Assembly (NCBI RefSeq): GCF_001194135.2
Contig: NC_068981.1
Location: 94,607,366-94,645,165 of the forward strand
Length of the DNA: 37,800 bases
Direction: 5' to 3'
Source: Octopus bimaculoides
Taxonomy: Eukaryota
Part shown: in pieces, positions 11,435-23,536 of the stretch
Layout: every line of letters begins with the position of its first letter
How positions within the stretch are numbered: position 1 is the stretch's first letter
Program-made: the position numbers and the translations under genes
The notes under the pieces: model-generated
Databases searched by the model: none
Seen by the model: the letters and a program-made list of their open reading frames with translations, nothing else
What the model was told of the DNA's origin: nothing

Positions 11435-11580
11435 ATGTGAAACAAGGTGGCAAAAAATTGTACTCGAATACCGGAGGTAGAATAATATATTTCATTATTA
11501 TTAAAGCTGCAAAAAATCGCAAAAATATCACAAATAACTGCTACTCAGAGTTTCACGTTCCTGTTCGTTCGACAGTTTAG
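11435..11580 (-). mobile_element. Penelope-like pseudo-LTR segment with a decayed minimal hammerhead ribozyme (11537-11576)
   Basis: rc = actgt cgaacga acaggaacgt gaaa ctctgag ta gcagt: stem I, a CUGACGA-like core with 2 changes, stem II with 1 mismatch, GAAA, a short palindromic stem III and a GUA site. Confidence 0.6.
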
Positions 11581-11799
11581 ATTGAGAATGGAACAAAATA
11601 AAGTTTGTATGTAGAAAGTATACGATTTACATTGACCGATACACATTTGAAACTGGTTTCTTTTCATTGGTCCTTTCGACTAACTGTTTTTTTCTAATCA
11701 ATGATGATAGGTTTAAAGTCGTATTTGAAAATCTGGAATCAAAAATCAGAATTTCTAAAATGACTGTAGCTAGAAGGAAAAAAATTGACGGCTTATAAG

Positions 11800-12140
11800 A
11801 ATACAAAATATATACAGAAGCTTCGGAGAATTCCTAGATTACATTCCCAACGAAATTCATTTCGATATCCCGAAAATAGGACAGCAACGAGTCTTGCCAA
11901 ACATGTCTGGCATTTAAAAGAAAATTATACCCGTCTTTTCAGTATCAGCTGGACGATCTTGGAGAAAGCTGCACCATATAAGCACGGAGCATCTAGACGC
12001 CCTGTGAGATGCAAATTGTGCCTAACCTAAAAGCTTTTCATCCTGTTCCAGATTAAATATGCATTGAACTAAAGACAGGAGCTTTTGAATTCCTGCAGTT
12101 ATGCAACGAGGTGTAAAATATCGTCTGGTAAAATACCATT
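11800..12140 (+). pseudogene. Penelope-like element ORF C-terminus (GIY-YIG endonuclease region), decayed
   Basis: RNSFRYPENRTATSLAKHVWHLKENY...ISWTILEKAAPYKHG...CKLCLT*KLFIL...RQELLNSC matches the PLE T.L.KH.W.LK / C.LCL.EK pattern. Confidence 0.85.
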
Positions 12141-12769
12141 CGATAATAATAATATTTTACATTTTCCGACCTTCAAGAAAACCTTCGACTGTTTACAATT
12201 TTTATTATTATTTTGTTTTTATTTTATTTTCATTGTCTTTTTGTAAGCGTTACTTTTGAGCCATTTGATTGTTATTTTTACAATGCAATTTAGCCCATTA
12301 CATACCTAACAATTTTGATTTTTATTGTACATCTTAAGCCCTTTACAATCGCTTAATATGTGTTGTATAGATATCGCGTATATCAAACATCAGGCTGGAT
12401 GTTTGAAGTTACACTATTTTAATATTCAATATACCAGACAAATGGTTTTAAAATATACTCGTGTTCGTATATACGTTATGATGTATATACGTTTGTTTAC
12501 GTATATATATGTATGTTGATATCTTTTCTATAATTAGATATTGTCAATATAACAATACATAAATGTATATATATGTATATAATGTATGTATATATAAATG
12601 TATATATATGTATGTATGTATGTATGTATATATATGTATGTGTATATATATCTGTATCTATATCTATATATGTATATATATCTATCTATCTATCTATCTA
12701 TCTATATNNNNNNNNNNNNNNNNNNNNNNNNNNNNTATATATATATATATGTATATGTCGTATGTTGAC

Positions 12770-12960
12770 CGGAGTCGAGAAGGTATGCAGATCGCTAGTT
12801 CAGATGGATTGAGGCCATCATAGTGAGTGGTTGAAGCGTGTTGAAAAGTGAGTGCATGCGAAATCGTCGAAAGCTTTGTTTTGGGTATTTGTGTTTCTAC
12901 AGTAGCACGGTTTAAAATTTTTGGGCAGCGCAATAATGTGATCTTTCCTAAAACTTCGTG
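12770..12960 (-). mobile_element. Decayed L2/Daphne-like LINE 3' coding fragment
   Basis: rc ...THYDGLNPSELAICIPSRL resembles the YY.GLCSSELA..IP motif. Confidence 0.4.
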
Positions 12961-13671
12961 GAGGGTCACCGACTAAATTGTGATGAATTATTTCCTAGCG
13001 AAAGTCTACTTTTTTTTCTCATGACGCTTTGACAAAGTTATGTACATGGGGTTGCCAGGGGGAAATTGTGAGGCCTAGTATTTAGCCTTTTTGTCTTGGG
13101 TTATTTGCGTCTGCTCATGTGGTAAGAATCTGTTTTCTAAATAAGTGCAATAATTACGATTATTGAACTTACCTAGAAGACAGATTAAATTGTCATGTCT
13201 CAACTGAAGACTGCTATTGAAGTCTTTGTTCATGGCTTCGAAAAATACGATTTTTCTTTTACAAATAAAATATTAAGTGAGTATTAATATATTTAATGCA
13301 TTTATATTATTAAATTTACTAAATAAAATGAATGAGAGATGATGGGTAAGCGTAATTGGCCAGTGACTAGATATTACTATCATATTTCTGCTAAGAGCAG
13401 GAGACAACATGTCATTAGCAAAACTTGGCCTCCACGATACGACTGATATACGAGTTTTCTCAGTATGCGTTTGTTTCTAGTCGTACATTTTTTTAAAAAA
13501 GTCTCCTTTCATTAAACTTGTGAACGCTATCTTTGTTAAATTCAAATTACGACAAACGTAAATAAACAAACGAAGTTTGCTTTTAGAAGCGTTGAGATGT
13601 CTTTTAGAAAGTTAAAGAAGTGATTTTAAATTCTCAATCGCAGAATAATGCTAATAATATAGCCTGAACAG

Positions 13672-13769
13672 GATAAACTGTCCCTATTTTGCAGAGAAAA
13701 GTGTAGGTGGCTAGCTGTGAACACAGCTAGCCACCTACACTTTTCTCTGCAAAATAGGGATAGTCTATC
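13672..13769. repeat. Near-perfect inverted repeat: 39-bp perfect arms, 2-nt loop, 9-bp imperfect extension
   Basis: 13681-13719 tccctattttgcagagaaaagtgtaggtggctagctgtg is the exact rc of 13722-13760. Confidence 0.98.
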
Positions 13770-14056
13770 TTTGTTATTGTTTTCTACCTAGAGGTGTATC
13801 TGAATAATTTATTCCCTAAACAATTTTATTTTCTTATACCAATAGAAGTGTAATCTTATTCTGTTACTGATTGATTAATTCATCAGTTCTGTAGCACAGG
13901 TTGTGAAGACTATAGTTCGCTAATGAGATCACATAATATCAAATGATGGCATTGTTGTCTCCCTTAGTTACTAGAAAAATGAAAACGGTATTGGCCAATT
14001 ATTATGTTTTGTCTCACCGAATAATTTATCTCCTTTATTTATTTATTTGTTTTTAG

Positions 14057-14087
14057 CCCTTAAAAAAATTAATGCCATACCAAAGAG
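14057..14087 (+). CDS. Candidate 31-nt microexon
   Basis: Long T-rich tract tttgtttttAG| and donor gag|GTAAGC. Open as PLKKLMPYQR(g) or (x)LKKINAIPK(ag). Confidence 0.35.
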
Positions 14088-14447
14088 GTAAGCTTTTGGC
14101 CGGCAAAGTCTGCGATCAGGGTTCTATTCCTGGTTATATATAAATCCTACATACTTCGAATTCATATTTTGAAAAATATAATATCTATGCTAATGTTCGA
14201 AATACATATGTATGTATATGTATTGCTAGCATGATCCAGAAAGAAGTAAGCTTCATACAAGTTTGAAATTCATATTATTTCAGTTACGACGCCAATATTC
14301 TTGGGAAAGGCATGAAACTCATACATTCCCTTTCCTCTTCGCTAAAATACGAGGTCTTTGAGTTTAAACTAAAATGTGAATACATATCGTATATATGAAT
14401 GACGGTAAAATGGAAAGGAAATACAGGTATCTAATATTATAGCTGTC

Positions 14448-14665
14448 AAGGCGGTGAGCTGGCAGAATCGTTAGCATACGGGGCAAAATGCTTTGCAGCA
14501 TTTCATCTGTCTCTACCTTTCTGAGTTCAAATCCCGATGTGGTCGACTTTGCCTTTCATCTCTTCGGGATCGATAAAATAAAGTACCAGTTCAACACTAG
14601 GGGTCAATGTAATCGACTTATGTCCTCTCCGAAATTTCTGGTGCTGAGTCAAAATTTGAAACCAA
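14448..14665 (+). mobile_element. SINE family A, full length
   Basis: aaggcggtgagctggcagaatcgttagc head and gagttcaaatccc B box. Confidence 0.9.
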
Positions 14666-15019
14666 TATTACATTTATCGGGGCTTAGTCTTTGTCTTTAA
14701 ATGTATACTACTTGGAAGTCAGGTCTAAATTAATATCCAATCACTACAATCCTTAAATTAATCACATGCTCTTGATGGCTCGTTTTATACTGTATGTGAT
14801 GAAAATCTCCTTTTCTCTAGCTGCTTCCCTTACGATGAGATTATTCTAATATAAATACATCTAAAATAAGGAATGAATGTAAAGTCAATCTACTGCTGCC
14901 TCTTCTCTGACGATTTTTTTTTTTTTTTCGTGAGGCAGTTTGTTAGAAAGTTAAGACTTTGTCAATAATACTCAGCTAGAGACAATTTGCTGAAATAAAT
15001 CTCACAAATAAATATATCG

Positions 15020-15220
15020 GTCGCAAATTTTACCGCAAAGCCAGCAAGTTCAGAGGAGTGGGTAAGTCGATTACAACAGCTGGTACTTATTTTATCGACC
15101 CTGAAATAATGAAAGGCAAAGCCGACCTCGGCGGAATTTGAACTCAGAAAGTTAAGATGAACGAAATGCCGCTGAACATTTTTCCGGCGTGCTAATGATT
15201 CTGCCAATTTACCGTCGTCT
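15020..15220 (-). mobile_element. SINE family A
   Basis: tacttattttatcgaccc...gaaaggcaaagccgacctcggcggaatttgaactcagaa...gattctgcca. Confidence 0.85.
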
Positions 15221-15741
15221 TTCAAATAAATATGTTAAGTGCAAAACACCTAAAAATCATCCANNNNNNNNNNNNNNNNNNNNNNNNNNNNNNNNNNNNN
15301 NNNNNNNNNNNNNNNNNNNNNNNNNNNNNNNNNNNNNNNNNNNNNNNNNNNNNNNNNNNNNNNNNNNNNNNNNNNNNNNNNNNNNNNNNNNNNNNNNNNN
15401 NNNNNNNNNNNNNNNNNNNNNNNNNNNNNNNNNNNNNNNNNNNNNNNNNNNNNNNNNNNNNNNNNNNNNNNNNNNNNNNNNNNNNNNNNNNNNNNNNNNN
15501 NNNNNNNNNNNNNNNNNNNNNNNNNNNNNNNNNNNNNNNNNNNNNNNNNNNNNNNNNNNNNNNNNNNNNNNNNNNNNNNNNNNNNNNNNNNNNNNNNNNN
15601 NNNNNNNNNNNNNNNNNNNNNNNNNNNNNNNNNNNNNNNNNNNNNNNNNNNNNNNNNNNNNNNNNNNNNNNNNNNNNNNNNNNNNNNNNNNNNNNNNNNN
15701 NNNNNNNNNNNNNNNNNNNNNNNNNNNNNNNNNNNNNNNNN

Positions 15742-15791
<50 letters not shown>

Positions 15792-15996
15792 CTTCAACTT
15801 ATAGGGTTGCTGTCATACTGTTGCATTCTCATTAAAGATTCCAGTTAATCGTTTTTATCTAAAATAATTCACTTTGGTTCATGTTTTATTGCCTTCGAGT
15901 TGTCCAAACGCTGTGTTATGTGACATGTAAGAACACGACATAAACACAACACCAGCTATAAACATAGATACACGCACACATGTGTATGTATATATA

Positions 15997-16331
15997 TCAT
16001 TGTTCAATTTTATTTCAAGATTTCTTGCCAATAGAGTAAGAGTCGGTTTCTAACCTTGATCCAAGGCTTCATTGGAATTTCAACATCAACAACAGGGTAT
16101 TTTTGCATGCAAGTGTGTATATATTCAGATTTGTATGTTTTGCTTTATGTATGTATTCTCATGCATATAGTTGCATATCTAGACATGCTCATATATATTT
16201 AAATGATAAACTTCTGGAAAATTTTACAGACTTTTACAGTTCCAGTGTTGGATTGGATCTGTAGTCTTCGAATTAGCTTTCTCCTTTCTGGTGTTTTGGA
16301 AGCCTAATTTCTCAAGATTGTTATTTAGGCA
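15997..16331 (-). mobile_element. R4/Dong-like family 1, 3' end (RLE C-terminus plus complete 3' UTR)
   Basis: rc CLNNNLEKLGF...(frameshift), then a UTR ending aataaaattgaacaatga. Homologous to 1830-2118 and 3857-4095. TA-rich simple repeats lie on both sides. Confidence 0.85.
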
Positions 16332-16646
16332 TAAACAAAGGCATCCATACTTGTTTAATATATATATATATATATATGCATTTAAACACACACATATATA
16401 TAGGAGCACACGTATACACACATATACATGGATTTATTTTAGTTTATTTCCCTTTCGTACATTCTATTTTATTTAATTTCATTTTCCTTATCTTTACTTT
16501 ATTTCTGTTCATATATAAATCAATCTATATACCTAAAGAAGTAAATAGGAAAAGGAACATGTATCCCAATACACATACATATTGATGTACATATTGACAT
16601 ACATACTTGTTGCGCGTGAGGGTGTATGTGTGTATATTTATGTATG

Positions 16647-16697
<51 letters not shown>

Positions 16698-16953
16698 NNN
16701 NNNNNNNNNNNNNNNNNNNNNNNNNNNNNNNNNNNNNNNNNNNNNNNNNNNNNNNNNNNNNNNNNNNNNNNNNNNNNNNNNNNNNNNNNNNNNNNNNNNN
16801 NNNNNNNNNNNNNNNNNNNNNNNNNNNNNNNNNNNNNNNNNNNNNNNNNNNNNNNNNNNNNNNNNNNNNNNNNNNNNNNNNNNNNNNNNNNNNNNNNNNN
16901 NNNNNNNNNNNNNNNNNNNNNNNNNNNNNNNNNNNNNNNNNNNNNNNNNNNNN

Positions 16954-16989
<36 letters not shown>

Positions 16990-17049
16990 TAATTAATTAA
17001 TTAATTTGAATCCATTAGATCTCTCTGTTTTCTAGCTCGATAAAAATGC

Positions 17050-18273
17050 TTGATATCCTACGATTCATCGCCTGAAGATGACACTAGAGATCAAGACTTT
17101 TCAGTTGAGACTTTACCTCAGTTATTCTCCCTGGTAGAGTTGAATGATCTAGTTCGTGACTTGAACCTCCCAAAAGATTCTGCTGAACTGTTGGCTTCTC
17201 GACTGAAAGAGAAGAATTTTCTAGAAAATGCTGTCCGTATAACATTTTATCAGAGTCAGCATGATGAGTTCCTTTCTTTTTTCACAAAAGAGGAAGAGCT
17301 GGTTTACTACATAGATGCCAGTGGGCTTCTTAATAACCTTGGCATTGAGAAATACAAATCAGAGGAATGGCGTCTTTTCATAGACAGCTCTAAGCGTAGT
17401 TTAAAATGTGCATTGTTGCACAACAGAAATGTGTATGGCTCTGTCCCACTCGGCCACTCAACAACTCTGTAGGAAAAATTTGAAGAAATTAAGTTGGTTT
17501 AACAGAAGAGACTGTATCATGACCATAAATGGGTCATCTTCGTTGGCTTAAAGATGGTAAATTTTCTCAGGGGACAGCAATCTGGGTATACCAAATACTC
17601 ATGCTTTGTTTGCAAGTGGGAGAGTAGAGACCAAGGAAACCACTATGTTAAGAAAGGCTGACCGCCTCGAACATATATGGCTTCACGTAGAGCTGCCAAT
17701 ATATTGGAAGAACCTTTAGTTGAGCGAGATAAGATCATTTTCCCCGCTTTGTATATCAAACTCGGAGTGATCAAGCAATTCGTCAAAGCTCTTGAGAAAA
17801 ATGGGGAGTGCTTCAAATATATCTGCAGTGTATTTCCAGACTTGACGATTGAAAAACTTAAAGCAGTGATTTTTGATGGATCACAGAACCGTAAGCTCTT
17901 GAAAACGATGAGCGAAAATGAAGCATCAGTTTGGTTAGCCTTTGCAGAAGCAGTGCAAAATTTCCTTGGGAAACACAAAAGTGAAAACTATAAAGACCTT
18001 GTCAACAACTTGATATCAACTTTTCGTGATATTGGCACGAATATGAGCATCAAAATGCATTATTTTTTTAGTCATCGTGATTGTTTTCCGGAAAATCTCG
18101 ATGTTAGCGATGCACACGGCGAACGATTCCATCAGGACATCAAGGAGATGGAAACTCGGTACCAAGGACGTTGGGACGCTGTGATGATGGCAGACTATTG
18201 TTGGTGTTTAAAACGAGATACTCCTGTTGCTCAACATTCACTGTGCTCAAAGAAGCGCAAATTTATTCCTTGA
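17050..18273 (+). pseudogene. Chapaev3-type (CMC superfamily) DDE transposase pseudogene, N-terminus missing
   Basis: One frame containing ELNDLVRDLNLPKDSAELLASRL, WRLFIDSSKRSLK, GQQSGYTKYSCFVC, IKLGVIKQFVKAL and GERFHQDIKEMETRYQG. In-frame stops at 17470, 17500 and 17659. Family name from recall of the motifs plus the CAC/GTG end and TTA flank. Confidence 0.8.
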
Positions 18274-18643
18274 ATTTTCTGCCAAAAATCTTAACCAATG
18301 TGCATTTTCAATTTTGAATTTTTATTTGCACTTCGTTGTTTTGTATTACGCTCTCTTTATTGATTTATACTATATGCCTTTTGTATCAATAAAATACTTA
18401 CTCTATCAGGCTTAGTCAGAAAACTAGACGTGATAGAGAAAAATTGAAGTTATTTTTGAATTTAGCAGGTAAAATCACTTGAAAAATCGTTGAAATATTC
18501 AAGGCACCAGACAAAAAAAAAAAAAAAAAAATTGCCCAGTGTTATATACCTCTTGTATGAATAAAATACTTACTCTATCAGGTCTACTTTTCTGAATTCA
18601 TTGGAATATTCCAGACAAAAAAATTTTTCTTTGTTGCCCAGTG
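18274..18643 (+). mobile_element. Transposon right end (TIR ...ttgcccagtg at 18541) plus a second, deleted right end (18555-18643)
   Basis: Both ends read ttgcccagtg|tta, consistent with 5'-CAC termini and a TWA target. The block aataaaatacttactctatcagg is repeated at ~18388 and ~18560. Confidence 0.8.
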
Positions 18644-18729
18644 TTATCTCTTCAAAATTTAATATATTAAACCAGTGTATCTAGGATAAATATCGCTATA
18701 AGAGTTTGAGATATCCTCATTGTGACATG

Positions 18730-18993
18730 TGTGGAGGCGTAATGGCCCAGTGGTTAGGGCAGCGGACTCGCGGTCATAGGATCGCGGTTTCAATTCCCAG
18801 TCCGGGCGTTGTGAGTGTTTATTGAGCGAAAACACCTAAAGCTCTACGAGGCACCAGTGAACCCTGCTGTACTCTTCCACCACAACTTCCTCTCACTCTT
18901 CCTGTTTTTGTTGTGCCTGTAATTCAAAGGGTCAGCCTTGATCGGATCAACTGGAACCCTCGACATCGTAAGCGACGGAGTGCCAACAACAAC
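18730..18993 (+). mobile_element. SINE family C (tRNA-Arg-like head), two internal deletions
   Basis: ggaggcgtaatggcccagtggttagggcagcggactcgcgg head, ending gacggagtgccaacaacaac. Compare 34945-35329. Confidence 0.9.
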
Positions 18994-19576
18994 ATTGTGA
19001 CATATAATATATGCACACATACACGCTCACACACACACACATATGCACACATACACGCGCACACACACTTACACAACACACACACACAAATACACACATA
19101 TATATGTTTGTATGTATGTTTGTATCTATGTATGTACATACATATCAAAAGGAAGAGAGAAATGTATGCATAAGCAACGAATTTAGATAGCATATATTCT
19201 CTAGTCACCTTCTTCCCGCATTCTCTTTGTGTCTTTTTCATTTTCTGTGTGGGTGTCTGTCTACCTCTCTCTCTCTCTCTCTCGCTTTCTCCCTTGAATT
19301 TATGCTCCAGCAATGCGAATGCCCCATTCAAAATGCATACACACGTTTATTTGTTATTATATATCTGTACGCATGCATCAATATCTGTATAACACAAATG
19401 ATAGACAGAGAATTAGATAAGCTATTACACATCTAGGTAAACAGTTTTGTTTATTGCAGTTTTGTCAGAGTTTAATGGATTTTGACCTGACCTTCTAAAC
19501 TTTGATATCGATGTCCCAAGCAAAAACATTAATTTGGAAGGAATTTCAGAGGAAGTTGTTTTGGTGAATAAGGATT

Positions 19577-19984
19577 ACTCTTTTACTTGTTTCAGTCATT
19601 TGACTGCGGCCATGCTGGAGCACCGCCATTAGTCGAGCAAATCGACCCCAGGACTTATTCTTTGTAAGCCTAGTACTTATTCTATCGATTTCTTTTGCCG
19701 AACCGCTAAGTTACAGGGACGTAAACACAACACCATCGGTTGTCAAGCGATGTTTGGTGGGGGGGGGCAAATACAGACACACAAACATACACACACACAC
19801 ACACACACATATACACATACATATATACGACAGGCTTCTTTCAGTTTCCGTCTACTAAATCCACTCACAAGGCTTTGGTCAGCCCGAGGCTATAGTGAAG
19901 ATACTTGCCCAAGGTGCCACGCAGTGGGAATGAACCCGGAACCATGTGGTTGGTAAGCAAGCTACTTACCACCCAGCCACTCCT
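19577..19984 (-). mobile_element. SINE family B (CORE-like), full length with internal (CA)n
   Basis: rc head gtggctgggtggtaagtagcttg...gggttcattcccactgcgtggcaccttgggcaagt. The ccttgggcaagt block resembles the CORE domain. Confidence 0.9.
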
Positions 19985-20142
19985 GGCAAAATAGCTAATA
20001 TAGGCTACAGAAGGTAAGAAATGCAACACTGAGAAGACTGAGTCGAGTGGGCTTAGATGTATGAACATCGCAGTTCCATACTTCAGATTTCTTAGAGATA
20101 ACTGTTGAAGAGTATGTGAACTAAAAATCGTAATATCGTTTA

Positions 20143-20347
20143 TCTTTTACTTGCTTCAGTCATTGAACTGCGGCCCTACTGGGGCACAGCCTTCAAGTAT
20201 TATGATAGAACTTATCGACCCTTATTCTAATAATTCTTTTCTAAAGCCTGGTACTTATTCTATCGGTATCTTTTGCCGAACCGCTAAGTTACAAGAACAT
20301 AATCATACGGCTGTCAAGCGGTGGTGGGGAATAAACTCATACACACA

Positions 20348-20426
<79 letters not shown>

Positions 20427-20601
20427 ACACACACATATACGACGAGCTTCTTTCAGTTTCCGTCTACCAAATCCACGCACAAGGCTTTGGCCGACCCAGT
20501 GCTATAATAGAAGACACTCGCCACGCAAGGTGCCACGCAGTTGGACTGAACCCGGAACCACGTGGTTGGGAAGCAAATTTCTCCTCACACTGCCACGCCT
20601 G
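20143..20601 (-). mobile_element. SINE family B with expanded internal (CA)n
   Basis: Colinear with 19577-19984. Confidence 0.9.
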
Positions 20602-21002
20602 CACCTCTGATGACGAATGTGCTTTAGCCAATCAGCAACAGCTTATGTTTTTAAGTATTTGTGTAGCAACAGCACCATCTCAAAGATGTGGGCGTTAATA
20701 CAATGTATGTCTGATTAATTAATCTTTGTAGATAGTAAAACACTGACCATATCTGAAGTACATTTTCTAGTATTTGTAGAAACAGATGATTTTTACCTCA
20801 TGTTATTCTTACAGTTTAATTAGTGTGGGTAGTGATTCTATCTCAGTGGTGTTGAAAAGAGCAAGATTGGTGGGCTCCCACTGAAGGAAACTCTCAAGGT
20901 TTCTGTTTAGGGGATCTTTGTATGTCTAGTGTTGCGTGTTTAAATTGCATAGATAGCACATATGTGCTTAGGTTTTGGCAGAAGTAAACGGTAGTATCAG
21001 CT

Positions 21003-21085
<83 letters not shown>

Positions 21086-21479
21086 TCTCGCAAGATGAAA
21101 TCGGTTGTATTCAGACCTCAACAGAAATGGACTCCGCCAGGTTTAAAATGTTCACCAGCAGACCACACGATGTCAAGGGACTAATAAAAGAATACTATAG
21201 AGTGTTTTCATAGACTAGTATAGAAAAAGGAGAGTTTTTTATCTGAGATCAAGAAAACTGCATTAATTGGTCGCCTCGTGGTTTGAAAAGTTTTTTTTTT
21301 TTACACCACGTATCTCTATGGACGTAGTGTAGAAATAAATTTATTTTGATAAGGAAATACAATACAAGCAACCAATCAGGCAGCAGATACGGAAATCTTC
21401 ATGTAAAGATCCACCGGTACATATTGCAATGGTTCAGAATGATAAAAAAAAAACTTCTGATCCAAAAGATTAGAGAAGA

Positions 21480-22200
21480 ATAGAGTTCATTAACAGACAA
21501 CTTAACTAAAAAATTACTATTTGATAAACGTCTTTTCTGATGGTGTAGATAGTGTTATCTACAAGGAGGTTTGAGGCTTATTAGCTTCGTTGGGTGAAGG
21601 ATGTGGAAAAAGTTGCTTATCTGTCTGGAAGCTGTTAGCTATTTTGCCTTGATTAGACAGTAGTCAGACAAACTAAGGGTGTCAAGACGGAGAAAGTAGA
21701 GTTTGGAGGCATGAACGAGATTAAGTTTGTTTGGACTACAGGTTTGTTTGGATTACAAGCAAGTCAGTTATATGTATGGGCATTTAAGTTTATTCGGTCC
21801 CTGCGTCAATGGTGTCGTCCGCGACGCAGTGCTATATCTAAAGTGGGTTGCGATGAGAATTTGATATGAAATTAAGAGTTATGAACATTATGAACACAGG
21901 AAATTATGAATGGTTTCAGATGAAATCATTGAGGAGGATATCTTCAGAGAATGACACGCTGCGATAGATGTGCTCAATACAGAACGAGAGATGATTGGTA
22001 GTTGGACGAATCCGGAGAAAAGTAAGGGCAACAGATAAACTTACAAGATTGAAAGAAGAGAGAAATTTCAATAAGAGTAACTAGAAATGTTTGCTGCTGG
22101 TATTCATTAGAAAGAGCTGTGGTATAGGAAATATAGATTCTACTTATGCGCAATCACCACACCACGTAGATTTTGAATAAATGGTGTAACCTGCGTGCGA
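21480..22200 (-). mobile_element. Highly decayed L2/Daphne-like RT remnant
   Basis: rc contains ILLNDFI-like and ADDT-like traces in RT order, with many stops. Confidence 0.45.
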
Positions 22201-22338
22201 GAAATATACTAAAAACAGTGTGAGAAATTTGTCTCAGAAACGATTAAGACATATGATATGCGTATTGGAACAAAGTCAACGAATGTTAATGTAGAATTAA
22301 TAGGTGAAAATGTGTGGTCAAAATGATAGGTTTTATTT

Positions 22339-22454
<116 letters not shown>

Positions 22455-22769
22455 CACGTAATTATTATATACTTATATGTTTTCTAAGGGCCGTTGAATG
22501 CAGTTGTTAAACAATGCTTTATAGTATTTATATATTCTTTATAGTATTTTTAGCGCAGTGGCCATATGACTTAAAAACACAAATTTGTTTTTAGAAATTA
22601 TGTGAATCGGTATAAAAAATTTGTTGATGTGTTTACATAAAAAGGGAGGGTGTATTGCTGTTTGCTATTTTAGAATCTATAAAATACTTCTTAAAAGATG
22701 ATACAAGTTATACTAGTTTTGTTACATATTTTTTATTGTTGTCGCTTTTGTCAACTATACACGCAATTC

Positions 22770-22937
22770 TTTTTTCTTTAAGGGAGGAATACAGCCCAGA
22801 CGCTAGGCTAGTATTAATTTTCAGCTGAAAAGACTGGAGCCTTGGCCAGTAACAAAACATGTCATGGGTCCAGATCAAAACCACAACCTTGTGATCCTGA
22901 GTACAACATCCTAACCATTTGGCTACGCGTCTCCACA
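22770..22937 (-). mobile_element. Old tRNA-derived SINE
   Basis: rc gtggagacgcgtagccaaatggttaggatgttgtactcaggatcacaaggttgtggttttgatc is a tRNA-like head. Confidence 0.65.
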
Positions 22938-23368
22938 AAATGATGGATCAGTTGAACTAGTTTCAATCCTATGTCGGGGTTTCATCGGTGACTAAGACAC
23001 CCACATCCCGCTAAAATGCACATCAGTTCTTTCAATCAAGAACTTTGATTGGTTTGCATAACTCGGCTTGTTACAATCAATCGTAAAAGCCGAATTATAT
23101 CAAGAAATTGACATTTATTTCAATATCAGATCGCTTTAAAAAACATTTCTTGTATTTTCTTTCTCTTTGTTACACAAGAATTCTTTGACACTTGAGTTGC
23201 TTGAAATTTTATAATGTATTCCAACATTCCCAGTAATCAAATCTTCTTTGTGTATATTATATCAGTTGTAATACATTTCCATGCTCCAATACATCTTAAA
23301 ATGAGGTCATGAACAACATGATTTCTATTTTTTGCTTCATTTGTTTATAATTATTGGTGATAATCATT

Positions 23369-23536
23369 AATGCCGTGAGCTGACTGGATCGTTACCGCGT
23401 CGGACAAAATGTTTTAACGGCATTTTTCTAGTTTTACTTTCTGAGTACCAACCAAATACTGGAGTTGTTCTACTAGACTAACCCTTCTCCCCACCCCGAA
23501 TTTTTAGGCCCTGTGCCTATAGTAGAGAGTATTATT
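23369..23536 (+). mobile_element. SINE family A, internally deleted
   Basis: gccgtgagctgactggatcgtta head and ggccctgtgcctatagtagagagtattatt tail. Confidence 0.7.

Noticed and set aside
13173-13203. LRHDNLICLLG as protein kinase subdomain IV
   Set aside because: Only 11 residues, with no other kinase motifs found; likely chance.
13681-13760. CCCT...AGGG ends of the hairpin as a piggyBac MITE
   Set aside because: No TTAA flanks, and pairing continues outside these ends.
592-16996. Long ORFs rich in X, YI, HT or CV
   Set aside because: They are artefacts of N gaps and dinucleotide/tetranucleotide repeats.
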